In this document: positions 10,682 through 20,401 of the stretch, piece after piece
Layout of the letters: the number at the start of each line of letters is the position of its first letter
How positions within the stretch are numbered: position 1 is the stretch's first letter
NCBI GenBank assembly: GCA_005882315.1
Contig: VBAR01000003.1
Location: 252,907-316,906 of the forward strand
DNA from: Bacteroidota bacterium
Lineage (GTDB): Bacteria > Bacteroidota > Bacteroidia > Chitinophagales > Chitinophagaceae
Length of the DNA stretch: 64,000 bases
Direction: 5' to 3'
Made by a program: the position numbers and the translations under genes
Notes under the pieces: generated by a model
The model's database searches: none
What the model was told of the DNA's origin: nothing
What the model saw: the letters and a program-made list of their open reading frames with translations, nothing else

Positions 10682-12598
10682 ATGCTTAAAAAGACGAGTT
10701 TAGTTTTTCTTATCTCAATCATATGTTTCAATGCAAATGCGCAAACAAGTAAAATAAACATCATTCCTGAGCCGGTGATGATAAACGAAAAACCCGGTGT
10801 ATTTACATTAAAGGATTTATATTCTATTACTATTGAGGGGAGTGATGCCGACTCGAAACGTGTATCTGAATATTTAAGAGCAGCACTAACAAGAGCAACA
10901 GGATTCGAGACATCAGCCGGAAGACAAGGAGAAACAAGTGCAATCAGGCTAAGCCTGAATAAGCAACCCGATAACGAGCTCGGCAACGAAGGCTATGTGT
11001 TGGAAGTAAATGAAAAAAATGTATTGATCACAGCGAATAAAGCAGCTGGCCTGTTTTATGGTATGCAAAGTTTTATCCAGTTACTACCAAAAGAAATTGA
11101 AAGTAGTAAGCCAGTAAAAAATATTAACTGGACAGCGCCTTGTGTAAAAATAAAAGATTACCCAAGATTCGGATGGAGAGGATTAATGTTTGATGTATCC
11201 CGTCATTTTTTTACTAAAGATGAAGTGAAGCGGTTCATTGATGATATGGTGAAATATAAATACAATCTTTTACACTGGCATCTTACGGATGACCAGGGAT
11301 GGCGGATCGAAATAAAATCGTTGCCTAAACTCACTTCTGTTGGTGCCTGGAATGTACAGCGTACAGGAAAATTCGGAACCTTTTCACCCCCTGCACCCGA
11401 CGAACCGAGAAACTATGGCGGTTTTTACACTCAGAATGATATAAAGGAAGTGGTACAATATGCTAAAGAAAGGTTTGTAAATATTTTGCCAGAAGTTGAT
11501 GTGCCCGGTCATAGTATGGCGGCGATTGCTTCTTATCCGGAACTGACAAGTACCGCTCCCCCTGCAGGAACTTATAAAGTAAACTCTGGTGAAAAATTAA
11601 TGGAGTGGCCACCGGGTGGTCATTTTTATGGGTTACTTGATAATTCATTGTGTCCTGCAAAAGAAAATGTTTATGTGTTTCTTGACAAAGTGTTTAGTGA
11701 AGTAGCAGAGTTGTTTCCTTTTGAATACATTCATATGGGTGGTGATGAAACAGCAAGAAATTTTTGGGAGAAAAGTGAAGACATTAAACAACTGATGAAG
11801 AAAGAAAATCTAAAAAACCTTAATGAAGTACAAAGCTATTTTGTAAAACGTGTAGAAAAAATAATTAACTCAAAAGGAAAGAAACTGATCGGTTGGGATG
11901 AAATACTGGATGGAGGCCTGGCGCCTAATGCGGCAGTAATGAGCTGGCGTGGATTGAAGGGTGGCATAGAGGCTGCAAAGCAGGGACATGAAGTTGTGAT
12001 GAGCCCGACCGCTTACTGCTATATCGATTATATGCAAAGTGATGCAGTGATGGAGCCGCCGGTATATGCATCTCTGCGTTTAAATAAAGCATATGAATTT
12101 GAACCGGTACCTGATGGTGTTGATGCAAAGTTCATAAAAGGTGGACAAGCGAATCTTTGGACAGAGCAGGTTTATAATTACCGCCATTTACAATACATGG
12201 TTTGGCCCCGGGCATTAGCAATTGCCGAATCAGTTTGGAGTCCAAAATCAAAAAAGAACTGGAATAATTTTGCAACAAAAGTGGAAAATCATTTTACACG
12301 ATTTGAAGCCGCCGATAAGAAGTATTCGCCTGCTGTTTATGATCCTATTTTTAAATCCAAAAAAGGCGCAGCTAATGAATTGCTGCTGGACATAAGTACT
12401 GAGATAACCGGGTTGGATATTCATTACAGTTTTGACAATTCATTTCCCGATAATTACTATCCGAAGTTTACACAAACCATAACAGTGCCTAAGGATGCAA
12501 CCACACTGAAGGTAATTACGTACAGGAATGGGAAGGCAATGGGAAGAATGACGGTAATGCCTGTGGAAGAGCTTAAGAAACGGGCAGGTATAAAATAG
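10682..12598 (+). CDS. beta-N-acetylhexosaminidase (GH20)
   Basis: Signal peptide. The GH20 catalytic block has HWHLTDDQGWR and HMGGDE (catalytic D-E pair). 638 aa. Confidence 0.9.
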   Translation: MLKKTSLVFLISIICFNANAQTSKINIIPEPVMINEKPGVFTLKDLYSITIEGSDADSKRVSEYLRAALTRATGFETSAGRQGETSAIRLSLNKQPDNELGNEGYVLEVNEKNVLITANKAAGLFYGMQSFIQLLPKEIESSKPVKNINWTAPCVKIKDYPRFGWRGLMFDVSRHFFTKDEVKRFIDDMVKYKYNLLHWHLTDDQGWRIEIKSLPKLTSVGAWNVQRTGKFGTFSPPAPDEPRNYGGFYTQNDIKEVVQYAKERFVNILPEVDVPGHSMAAIASYPELTSTAPPAGTYKVNSGEKLMEWPPGGHFYGLLDNSLCPAKENVYVFLDKVFSEVAELFPFEYIHMGGDETARNFWEKSEDIKQLMKKENLKNLNEVQSYFVKRVEKIINSKGKKLIGWDEILDGGLAPNAAVMSWRGLKGGIEAAKQGHEVVMSPTAYCYIDYMQSDAVMEPPVYASLRLNKAYEFEPVPDGVDAKFIKGGQANLWTEQVYNYRHLQYMVWPRALAIAESVWSPKSKKNWNNFATKVENHFTRFEAADKKYSPAVYDPIFKSKKGAANELLLDISTEITGLDIHYSFDNSFPDNYYPKFTQTITVPKDATTLKVITYRNGKAMGRMTVMPVEELKKRAGIK

Positions 12599-12698
12599 AG
12601 ATATCTGAACATTTTTAATTAATAATTTGTTATCCCGGTGAACAGATTAAGAAAAAAAGCCGGGAAGCAGTTACATTTACAGAATAAAATAATAAAAC

Positions 12699-13541
12699 AT
12701 GAATTCGAAAATTTTAGCTTTTGCTACATTTCTTTTTTTAGGGTCAACAGCTTTTTCACAGTCAGTAAAACTGTCACTTGGTGCCGGTGCAAAATATGAA
12801 GTGATTACTACAATGAAGATGTCTTCATCCGCCAATGCAATGGGCCAGACAATTGAGACAGGCATGGATAATGAAAACACCGAGCTTTTTGATGTGAAAT
12901 CCGTTACAACAAATAATAACGAACTGAGTGCAGTCCTCAAACGGATAAAGTTTAACCTCTCGGGAATGGGTCAGGACATGAGCTATGACAGCGATAATAA
13001 AGAAAGCAAAGGTGAATTAGCCGAAGCCTTTGGTAAGAAAGTAGGAAAACCTTACCAGGTATTATATGATGATAATGGCAAAGTGCTTAATAAAGATGTG
13101 GTCGCTGAAGCAAAGCCTGAAATGCCGATACCCGGTGCGCCGGCGCCTTCTGGAAAAGTTGAACTTATCGATGAAATATTTATAGGGAAGCAATTAACAA
13201 ACGGATACAGTTGGTATGATTCCACGACTACTGATGTCGACAAAATGAAAACAACAATTAAAGGAACTTATAAAGTGCTGAGTGTGCTGAATAATAATGC
13301 TACTATTATGTTTGAAGGAATTCAGCAGCAAACCGGAGTAATGGAGCAAATGGGCATGGAATTGAATATGAGCGGAACGAGTAATGTGACAAAAGAATTC
13401 TTACTTGATTTAAAGACCGGGCTCATCATCCAGTCAAATACAAAAACAAAAGGCACCAGCAATATTGAAGTGATGGGCACAAACATACCTGTAGAAACGG
13501 ATGTGACAACGACAAAAAAGATCAAATTGGTGCAGAACTAA
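12699..13541 (+). CDS. hypothetical secreted protein
   Basis: 280-aa ORF with a signal peptide (MNSKILAFATFLFLGSTAFSQ). No catalytic motif recognised. Confidence 0.55.
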   Translation: MNSKILAFATFLFLGSTAFSQSVKLSLGAGAKYEVITTMKMSSSANAMGQTIETGMDNENTELFDVKSVTTNNNELSAVLKRIKFNLSGMGQDMSYDSDNKESKGELAEAFGKKVGKPYQVLYDDNGKVLNKDVVAEAKPEMPIPGAPAPSGKVELIDEIFIGKQLTNGYSWYDSTTTDVDKMKTTIKGTYKVLSVLNNNATIMFEGIQQQTGVMEQMGMELNMSGTSNVTKEFLLDLKTGLIIQSNTKTKGTSNIEVMGTNIPVETDVTTTKKIKLVQN

Positions 13542-14116
13542 TCGCCAGAAATAATAATATCATATTTAAGCAGTAAGCCTGCAACAGAGGGAAATGAAAA
13601 TTTCCCTTTCTTTATTTTGTTGAGTTCAGGATCGATGGAATAATTAAATGCAGTTCGGAGATCGGCTTTTTCCAGTATTGTGTTCTCAAATTTTGTGTCC
13701 TTCAGATCGCATTTATCAAAATTGGATTCAGTTAGATCGGTTTCAGTAAAATCAGCTTCCTGTAAACTACATCCTCTGAAACTTGTCTTTTTCATTTTGC
13801 GTTTATAGAAAGAACAGAAATTGAGTATGCAGTTATCAAACCTTGCAGAAAAAATAAATTCATTGCAGTTTTCAAAGTGAAGACCAAGCATTTTACAATC
13901 TTTGAACAGAACATCGCCAAATGTGGTTTGAATGACTTTTGCTGAACTAAGATTACAGTCAATAAACTCACAATCGGTAAAATTAATGTCCGACAGATCG
14001 ATGCCGGAGAAATTACAATTCAGAAAATAGCAACCCTCATAATCTGCTTTTTCAATTTGCTTTTCTGTATAATCTTCTTTTTCATATTTCTGATCTGTGA
14101 TATAATTCTTTTGCAT
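13538..14116 (-). CDS. pentapeptide-repeat protein (Qnr/MfpA-like size and architecture)
   Basis: Continuous A(D/N)LxX-type pentapeptide periodicity (CNFSGIDLSDINFTDCEFIDCNLSSAK...ADFTETDLTESNFDKCDLKDTKFEN). 192 aa. Confidence 0.85.
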   Translation of the reverse strand: MQKNYITDQKYEKEDYTEKQIEKADYEGCYFLNCNFSGIDLSDINFTDCEFIDCNLSSAKVIQTTFGDVLFKDCKMLGLHFENCNEFIFSARFDNCILNFCSFYKRKMKKTSFRGCSLQEADFTETDLTESNFDKCDLKDTKFENTILEKADLRTAFNYSIDPELNKIKKGKFSFPSVAGLLLKYDIIISGD

Positions 14117-14218
14117 TTGCTTCTATAATTTTTCAGGTTGACGGTAAAAGTACTGAAAAGGATATTTTAACTTTCGGATTCAGATTCATTGTTTAATTTT
14201 CAGGTTAAATAAGTTGAT

Positions 14219-14767
14219 ATGAATAAAATAAGTATAGCCTTACTGTTGATTTTCAGTTTTACTTCAATTATAGCCCAGGAACCACCTGCTTCTGCCGATG
14301 CAATAATGAAAGAAGCTTATGCAATAGCTAAAAAAGAAAACAAAAAAGTATTCGTGATATTTCATGCGTCCTGGTGCGGCTGGTGTAGAAAAATGGATAC
14401 CTCGATGAGTGATGCTTCTTGTAAAAAATTCTTCAATGATAATTTTGTAGTCCGTCATATGGTAGTGGATGAGAGCAAAGACAAAAAAAACCTGGAGACA
14501 CCCGGTGGACAAGAGTTTAAAACAAAATACAGGGGCGAAGGAATGGGTTTGCCCTTCTGGTTGATATTTGATAATAAAGGCAACCTGCTGGCAGATGCTA
14601 AAATAAGACCTGCAGGCGCCAGTATAGATACAGAAGGAAACAATACCGGCTGCCCGGCTAACGAAGAAGAGGTAAACTATTTTGTTGAAGTGTTGAAGAA
14701 AACTACTTCATTAAAAAATGATGAATTAGAAATGATCAGGAAACGATTCAGGAAAAACGAAATGTAA
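14219..14767 (+). CDS. secreted thioredoxin-fold protein
   Basis: Signal peptide plus a WCGWC active-site motif (HASWCGWCRKMD). Confidence 0.75.
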   Translation: MNKISIALLLIFSFTSIIAQEPPASADAIMKEAYAIAKKENKKVFVIFHASWCGWCRKMDTSMSDASCKKFFNDNFVVRHMVVDESKDKKNLETPGGQEFKTKYRGEGMGLPFWLIFDNKGNLLADAKIRPAGASIDTEGNNTGCPANEEEVNYFVEVLKKTTSLKNDELEMIRKRFRKNEM

Positions 14768-14776
14768 TTTTCTTTA

Positions 14777-17188
14777 TTACCTGACAATGGTAACAATTCC
14801 CTTTTCAGCTTTTGTGATATTATCGAAAGTTGTGTATTCGATCATCCAGACATATACACCTATTGGCTGGTCAGCTCCTTTATATTTTCCATCCCATCCT
14901 TGACCCATTGTTGAAGTAGTAAATACAGGATTTCCCCAACGATTATAGATAGAAAATTTATTCAGCGATTTCATCCCAACGAGATAAGGGATCAAAAGAT
15001 CATTAAGACCATCCCTATTGGGTGTAAAAGCAGTAGGCATATAGATCCCTATTTTTTTTACTACCACTATTTTTACTGTATCTGTTGTAACGCAAGTATG
15101 TTTGTCAGTAATTTCAATGGTATATTGAACATCACCGGTTCCGGTAAATTGAGTATGGGCACTTGCATAATTGGTTAGTTGTGCCCGTGGACGCCAGTTA
15201 TAAGTATTTCCAATTGTATCCCGGGCACTGATCGCTTTAGTGTTTCCCGTTAATACAACAATATCGGGATAACGAATTCCAGCGGCTTGTTTATTTACAA
15301 GCACTGATTTAGTAACTGACTGGGGATCGTCTTCACAACCCAACATCGTCATTTGAAGAGTAACATCAATTCTGCCGGGGTTGGTATAAGTAAGTGGCAA
15401 TGGATCTTTCAAAGAAGAAACAGGCCCTCCATTATTAAAACTCCAGTTATAATCTGCCTGCGGTATTCCGTTTTGATTGCTCAGGTTCCTGAATAGAACA
15501 GGGCGGCCAACACAAATAGAGTCCCATGAAAAACCTGGGACACCATTTATAAAAACCCTGGCGATTCCTGTGATGCTGTCTTTGCAACCAAAGTTTGTAC
15601 TTGTTACCAGCTCAATAGTGTATTGACCAACATTTGAAAAAGTTTTTATTGCATTCTGTGTTTGTAAAGAATTGCCATCGCTGAATTTCCAGGTATAGTT
15701 CATCGGTGCCGCGTCACTCACTGACGATGCATTGGTAAAAGCAAAAGCATTATTTGTTACACATCCTGTATCCAGCAACGGTGAAAAAAGTGCTTGCGGT
15801 ATTGCATGAATCTGTATAGGTATACTCCTTGTTGAATCTATACAACCATTCTCATTTACCTGTGCCCAGTAACTGCCCGTTATTGTGGGTTGATAGCTGC
15901 TGGATATAGCGCCGTTAATAGGACTATTATTAAAATACCATTGAGTGGAAACAGATGAATTGCTTGCTGTTAAACTGCCCGCCAATGGATCACCCACACA
16001 ATATTGATTTTTTCCCGTTAATCGTATTGAAGTATCCACTGTCTTCGGAAAAATAATTACAGTATCATAGCCGGAACAGCCTGTCCATGGGTTTGTTGTT
16101 TTTAAAACGAATTCTGTTGGTGTGTTTGTAATACCCCATCCCATTGGGTTTGATATCGTGGGGTCACTTACCTGGTTGGCCGGCGTCCATGCATATATGA
16201 AATCCGGAGTTGGCGGACTTCCTACCTGCACCTGTCGATAGTTACATGCAGTGGCATCAATACCTGCATCTGAAAAAGTCTGTGAGATTGTCATCGTTGC
16301 ATATAAGGTATCCCTGCACCCGAAACCGGGATAAGGAATGACGATTACAGGAAACACAGTACCTACTGATGGCGGCGGTGACAGTGTTAATAGCTGTGTA
16401 TTGGAGAGCAGTTGTGTAAATGTATTATCAGCATACCATTCATATGACTGAAAACCAAAAGGGGCCGTTAGTATGGTGCGATTCTCACCAACACAAATAG
16501 TAGTACCCTGGATAGCACCACTGCAATTTGAATTAACATCTATATAAGCATATCCAAAATGGGCACGGGGTGTACAGTCACTTGTTATAAATTCAATTTC
16601 AATAGTTCTTCCTGCAAGTCCCGTAAGGTTAAGTGTAACAGGTGTCCAGTCTTTATACAATACACTTGGATTAATTGGTGAAGTTCGAAAGCCTGGCAAG
16701 GATGATGAAGCGATAAAATCAAATGTAACACAAGGCAGTTGTGCACCTGTCGTGAGGTCAGTTATTTTTGCTCTGAAACGTGGCTGTTCTTCAATTGTAT
16801 GATTAGGATTTTGAAGTACCACTGCATACTGGAAAAAAATAGAAAATACAGGTGCATTTGCGGGAATAACATAGGTATATGAAATACCCTCGGCTTCTGC
16901 GTTGGCCTGGGAACTACCTAATCGTACACTGAATCCGCTGCCGTTTGGACAGGACTGTGGGAAGCCACCATAAACGTCATTTCCTGATCCAGCTGGGATA
17001 ATAGTATGCCTGTCATTTACCTGTCCTGTACCGGTCCACACTACTTTGTTAACCCCGTTACTAAGAATCACATTTCCGGTACGGCAAACCCAGTTAGTAA
17101 AATCTCCAAACTCAAAATCAAGATTGGGAGGGCAAACGCCGGGTTGTGCTTTAGTGGTTATACTAAAAGCATTCAAAGTAATTATCAA
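14777..17188 (-). CDS. large secreted adhesin-like protein with PKD-like repeats and a T9SS type-B (CHU_C / gliding-motility C-terminal) sorting domain
   Basis: The C-terminus PTAFTPNRDGLNDLLIPY...IYNRWGNPVF...WDGKYKG...GVYVW is the type-B sorting-domain signature. The start codon is uncertain: TTG at 17188 gives a weak signal peptide (see findings). Confidence 0.85.
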   Translation of the reverse strand: MIITLNAFSITTKAQPGVCPPNLDFEFGDFTNWVCRTGNVILSNGVNKVVWTGTGQVNDRHTIIPAGSGNDVYGGFPQSCPNGSGFSVRLGSSQANAEAEGISYTYVIPANAPVFSIFFQYAVVLQNPNHTIEEQPRFRAKITDLTTGAQLPCVTFDFIASSSLPGFRTSPINPSVLYKDWTPVTLNLTGLAGRTIEIEFITSDCTPRAHFGYAYIDVNSNCSGAIQGTTICVGENRTILTAPFGFQSYEWYADNTFTQLLSNTQLLTLSPPPSVGTVFPVIVIPYPGFGCRDTLYATMTISQTFSDAGIDATACNYRQVQVGSPPTPDFIYAWTPANQVSDPTISNPMGWGITNTPTEFVLKTTNPWTGCSGYDTVIIFPKTVDTSIRLTGKNQYCVGDPLAGSLTASNSSVSTQWYFNNSPINGAISSSYQPTITGSYWAQVNENGCIDSTRSIPIQIHAIPQALFSPLLDTGCVTNNAFAFTNASSVSDAAPMNYTWKFSDGNSLQTQNAIKTFSNVGQYTIELVTSTNFGCKDSITGIARVFINGVPGFSWDSICVGRPVLFRNLSNQNGIPQADYNWSFNNGGPVSSLKDPLPLTYTNPGRIDVTLQMTMLGCEDDPQSVTKSVLVNKQAAGIRYPDIVVLTGNTKAISARDTIGNTYNWRPRAQLTNYASAHTQFTGTGDVQYTIEITDKHTCVTTDTVKIVVVKKIGIYMPTAFTPNRDGLNDLLIPYLVGMKSLNKFSIYNRWGNPVFTTSTMGQGWDGKYKGADQPIGVYVWMIEYTTFDNITKAEKGIVTIVR

Positions 17189-17354
17189 TATGAAAAGTCT
17201 GTGCAGTATTACTGGTTAGTTTTGAAAACTTAGATAAATGGGAAAGGGAATTGGGCATTTAAAGGTAAAATATTTCTGTGAACAGAAATAACGGTATATA
17301 CGACAGGCCGGAATAATATTCTGTTATTAATACTGTGTGTATTTCAACGTGTTA

Positions 17355-18359
17355 CTATTTTACTGCGGGAATCAATGCCATTGAAGCCCAATTGGTTCCC
17401 GCTGCAGATATGAATTGATCTTTATCGTGCGGAAATCCACTGAACACAAAAGGTACAAAAGGAATAGAACGGGATTTTACTTTCCAGGAACCATCTTCAT
17501 ATTGTGTTTTCAGTAAAAAAGAAATTCCTTTTTGATATGCAGGATCATCCGTTTTTAATTGCCCGGTTTCATGCAATGCATATAATGCCTGCCCGGTTGC
17601 ATAAGCATCCGTTTCAAGATTAGTTAACTGCGACCAACCTCCATCTTCACGTTGCGTAGCCAATAATTTTTGTGCCTGCTGCTGAATAAAATTTTTATCC
17701 CCATTGATCCATTTAAGTCCAAGTAATTGAAATATTCTTTCTTCATTTGTTTCCGGCACTTTATGCATCATCCAGGTACGGGCTTTTTCAATTCGTTGTA
17801 TTGCTTCCTGTTTCATTGAAGCCGGTGCATAGTATTGAATTGCTGCAACCATCAAGGCTGTTGCAGACAAAGAATAATACTCTAACGGCGGCCGGGGATT
17901 AGGACTTACCCAACTGCCTTCTCCTGTTTGACGTTGCATTAAATTCTTTACCATCATTTCAACCACTTTAGTTGATTTATATTGGTTAGCCCATAATGCC
18001 CATAGCCTGTAACCATTTGACATAACAATTGCTACGGGGTCATCATTCTGCATTAAAACAGCTTTTTCATGACGTATTATCTGTTGAATGGTATCGAATA
18101 TTTCGGTAAGAATTGTATCATTTACTTTAAATCCTTTTTCTTTTGCCATTGATAAACTTACTGCTGTCAGATCCTGGTGATGGCAGGACTGGCATCCGCC
18201 TGCATTCTCTAAAAACAAATGACTTGTATTTTGCAACAGCGGCAAACTTTTATTCACAGCCTCTTTGATTTCTTCAGGATTGTTTTCGTGTTTATTTGTC
18301 ACAGTTGTAAACGCTGTTATCACAGCAACAACTCCTAAAAGAATAAACCATTTTTTCAT
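17355..18359 (-). CDS. membrane-anchored/periplasmic prenyltransferase / squalene-cyclase-repeat (alpha/alpha toroid) protein with an N-terminal CxxCH motif
   Basis: N-terminal hydrophobic helix. C56-Q-S-C59-H60 heme-c-type motif. Repeated QxxDGGW/QxEDGSW motifs (QREDGGWSQ, QYEDGSWKV, QTGEGSWVS) typical of terpene-cyclase/prenyltransferase repeats. Confidence 0.6.
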   Translation of the reverse strand: MKKWFILLGVVAVITAFTTVTNKHENNPEEIKEAVNKSLPLLQNTSHLFLENAGGCQSCHHQDLTAVSLSMAKEKGFKVNDTILTEIFDTIQQIIRHEKAVLMQNDDPVAIVMSNGYRLWALWANQYKSTKVVEMMVKNLMQRQTGEGSWVSPNPRPPLEYYSLSATALMVAAIQYYAPASMKQEAIQRIEKARTWMMHKVPETNEERIFQLLGLKWINGDKNFIQQQAQKLLATQREDGGWSQLTNLETDAYATGQALYALHETGQLKTDDPAYQKGISFLLKTQYEDGSWKVKSRSIPFVPFVFSGFPHDKDQFISAAGTNWASMALIPAVK

Positions 18360-18378
18360 AACAAGTTTTTTATAAGAA

Positions 18379-19317
18379 TTATTTCGCCCCGGCTTTTTTC
18401 AATAATTCCACAGTTGCAGTATTTCCTTTTTTTGAGGCCCATGAAAGAGCAGTTGATCCATCTTTTGATTTCATGCTGACATCTGCACCGTTATCCAACA
18501 AGGCTTGCACCATTTCAACATTGTCATATTCATTATAACCAGCGTACATCAATATGGTTGTTCCTCCATAATCAGCAGAATTAATTTTTTTCGTCTTTTT
18601 CAATATTGCTTTAACAGATTCTGCATCTGTAAAAATTACAGCCGCAGCTAATGGTGTAAGCCCAAAAAAACAAATCCTATCCGGATCGGCGCCTTTATCT
18701 AATAATTGAACAATGACCGGTTTATTAAAGTTTAATACGGCATTCATTAATGCTGTTGATGAATCAAGCGAAAAAGCATTAACATCATTTTTTTTACTAA
18801 GCAATAAGGATATAGTTTCTGTATCACCAAACAAGGAAGCCCTCATCAATGCGTTTTCTTTTTTGTTATTGAGAACTGATGCATCTGCTCCTTTATCCAG
18901 CAGCATTTTTATCGTTTCATATTTGCCATGGGCAACAGCAGCAATAAGCAGGGGAGTATTGCCTGATTTTGCTTTTGCATTTATATCAGCTCCATTTTGA
19001 ATCAACAATTTTGCTTTTGCAAGATCATGCAATGACCACATCAGTGGTGTTTCATCAATCTTATTCTTTGTATTTACATTAGCCCCTTTTTCAATCAGCA
19101 ATTGCATGCACTCAACAGAAGAATAAAATGTTGCGATCATGAGCAAGTTGTCGCCATCTTCATCAACACTATTTGGGTCGGCTCCCTGGTCGAGTAATGA
19201 TTTGATTTCTTTCAGATCATTATTTTTTACGGCTGCAAAAATTTTTGATGAGTTTGTTTGTGCATTCAATCCATAAAAGCAAACCACAGAAAGGAGGAGC
19301 AAAGCGAGTTTAAGCAT
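18379..19317 (-). CDS. secreted ankyrin-repeat protein (about 8 repeats)
   Basis: Signal peptide, then repeated 33-aa units of the form G.TPLM.A......E.VKLLL..GADVN (for example SGNTPLLIAAVAHGKYETIKMLLDKGADASV). Confidence 0.9.
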   Translation of the reverse strand: MLKLALLLLSVVCFYGLNAQTNSSKIFAAVKNNDLKEIKSLLDQGADPNSVDEDGDNLLMIATFYSSVECMQLLIEKGANVNTKNKIDETPLMWSLHDLAKAKLLIQNGADINAKAKSGNTPLLIAAVAHGKYETIKMLLDKGADASVLNNKKENALMRASLFGDTETISLLLSKKNDVNAFSLDSSTALMNAVLNFNKPVIVQLLDKGADPDRICFFGLTPLAAAVIFTDAESVKAILKKTKKINSADYGGTTILMYAGYNEYDNVEMVQALLDNGADVSMKSKDGSTALSWASKKGNTATVELLKKAGAK

Positions 19318-19414
19318 TGTTCAGTAGTTGGTGTTACTAAAATTAAATTAATTATCCGGATAGGCAAAATGCAGGTTGGAGTGAAGTGTTTCAAGTAGTA
19401 AAAAGTCTGGCCCA

Positions 19415-20401
19415 TCAAGATCTGATCCAGCTAAATTGGAATTCGACTGGTGCTTTTAAACCACGTTCAGAAATTTTTTTGAAACGTTCGGGAAGAGTCA
19501 TTAAATAATCACGGGCTTTTTCGGCTGTTCCTGTAAGACTGCTGATGTTCGCTATATCCCATTCTTTTATCAGTGATTCTAAGATGTGCGTATAATCCAG
19601 GCTAGTGTACACACCGAGGCGTTGTGCCGCATCGCTGAAGTGGGTAAAAGTTTTACCGATTGTTTCGCCGGCCTGGCGTAGAAAATGGGCAGGCATTACT
19701 ATACGTTTTCGCATCATGTCTTCAAAAGCCAGCATCATTTCGCTGGCATCAACCTCAAATATTTTTGTTACAAAACTTTTATAGGCTTTGGCATGGCGTG
19801 CCTCATCAGCAGCAATAACACCGCATATTTGTGAAAGTTGGTTGCTGCCATGTTTTTTGGCTAGCGTAGCTGTGCGCCGGTGAGAAATATTTGTGGCCAG
19901 CTCCTGGAAAGAAGTGTATACAAAATTTTTGTACGGATCCCTTGCAGCGCCGCTTTCCATGCCATCTGCTATTAAATACTGGGTGCTTATTTCCATCTGT
20001 TGCATATTCACACGACCAGAGAGATACAAAAATTTATTCAGCAGGTCGCCATGCCTGTTCTCTTCCGCAGACCACATCCGTATCCATTTACTCCATCCTT
20101 GCGGCTCTTCTTTTGTTATACCATCTATATCCATCAACCAGCTTTCATAAGTAGGCAGGGCTTCTTCGGTAATAGTATCGCCAACAAGAACAGCCATATA
20201 ATCATACGGCAGTTCTTTACATTCTGCCTGTAGTTCTTTTATCTCTTTGGTAAAATTTTCGTTTGTGCTTACAGGTAAAAAATCGGCGGGCTGCCAGTTG
20301 GTATCAATCTTTTTCAGAAATTCATCAATAATACTGTCAATTTTTTGCGCCAGGTAATGCATCACTTCAATCCAGGATGGTTTTAGTTTTACTTGACGCA
20401 T
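19415..20401 (-). CDS. soluble di-iron acyl-ACP desaturase family protein
   Basis: Both ExxH di-iron motifs of the stearoyl-ACP desaturase family are present (WSAEENRHGDLL and AADEARHAKAY). 328 aa. Confidence 0.85.
   Translation of the reverse strand: MRQVKLKPSWIEVMHYLAQKIDSIIDEFLKKIDTNWQPADFLPVSTNENFTKEIKELQAECKELPYDYMAVLVGDTITEEALPTYESWLMDIDGITKEEPQGWSKWIRMWSAEENRHGDLLNKFLYLSGRVNMQQMEISTQYLIADGMESGAARDPYKNFVYTSFQELATNISHRRTATLAKKHGSNQLSQICGVIAADEARHAKAYKSFVTKIFEVDASEMMLAFEDMMRKRIVMPAHFLRQAGETIGKTFTHFSDAAQRLGVYTSLDYTHILESLIKEWDIANISSLTGTAEKARDYLMTLPERFKKISERGLKAPVEFQFSWIRS

Noticed and set aside
10648-10986. 112-aa minus-strand ORF overlapping the start of the GH20 gene
   Set aside because: It overlaps a confidently called gene on the other strand, and nothing independent supports it.
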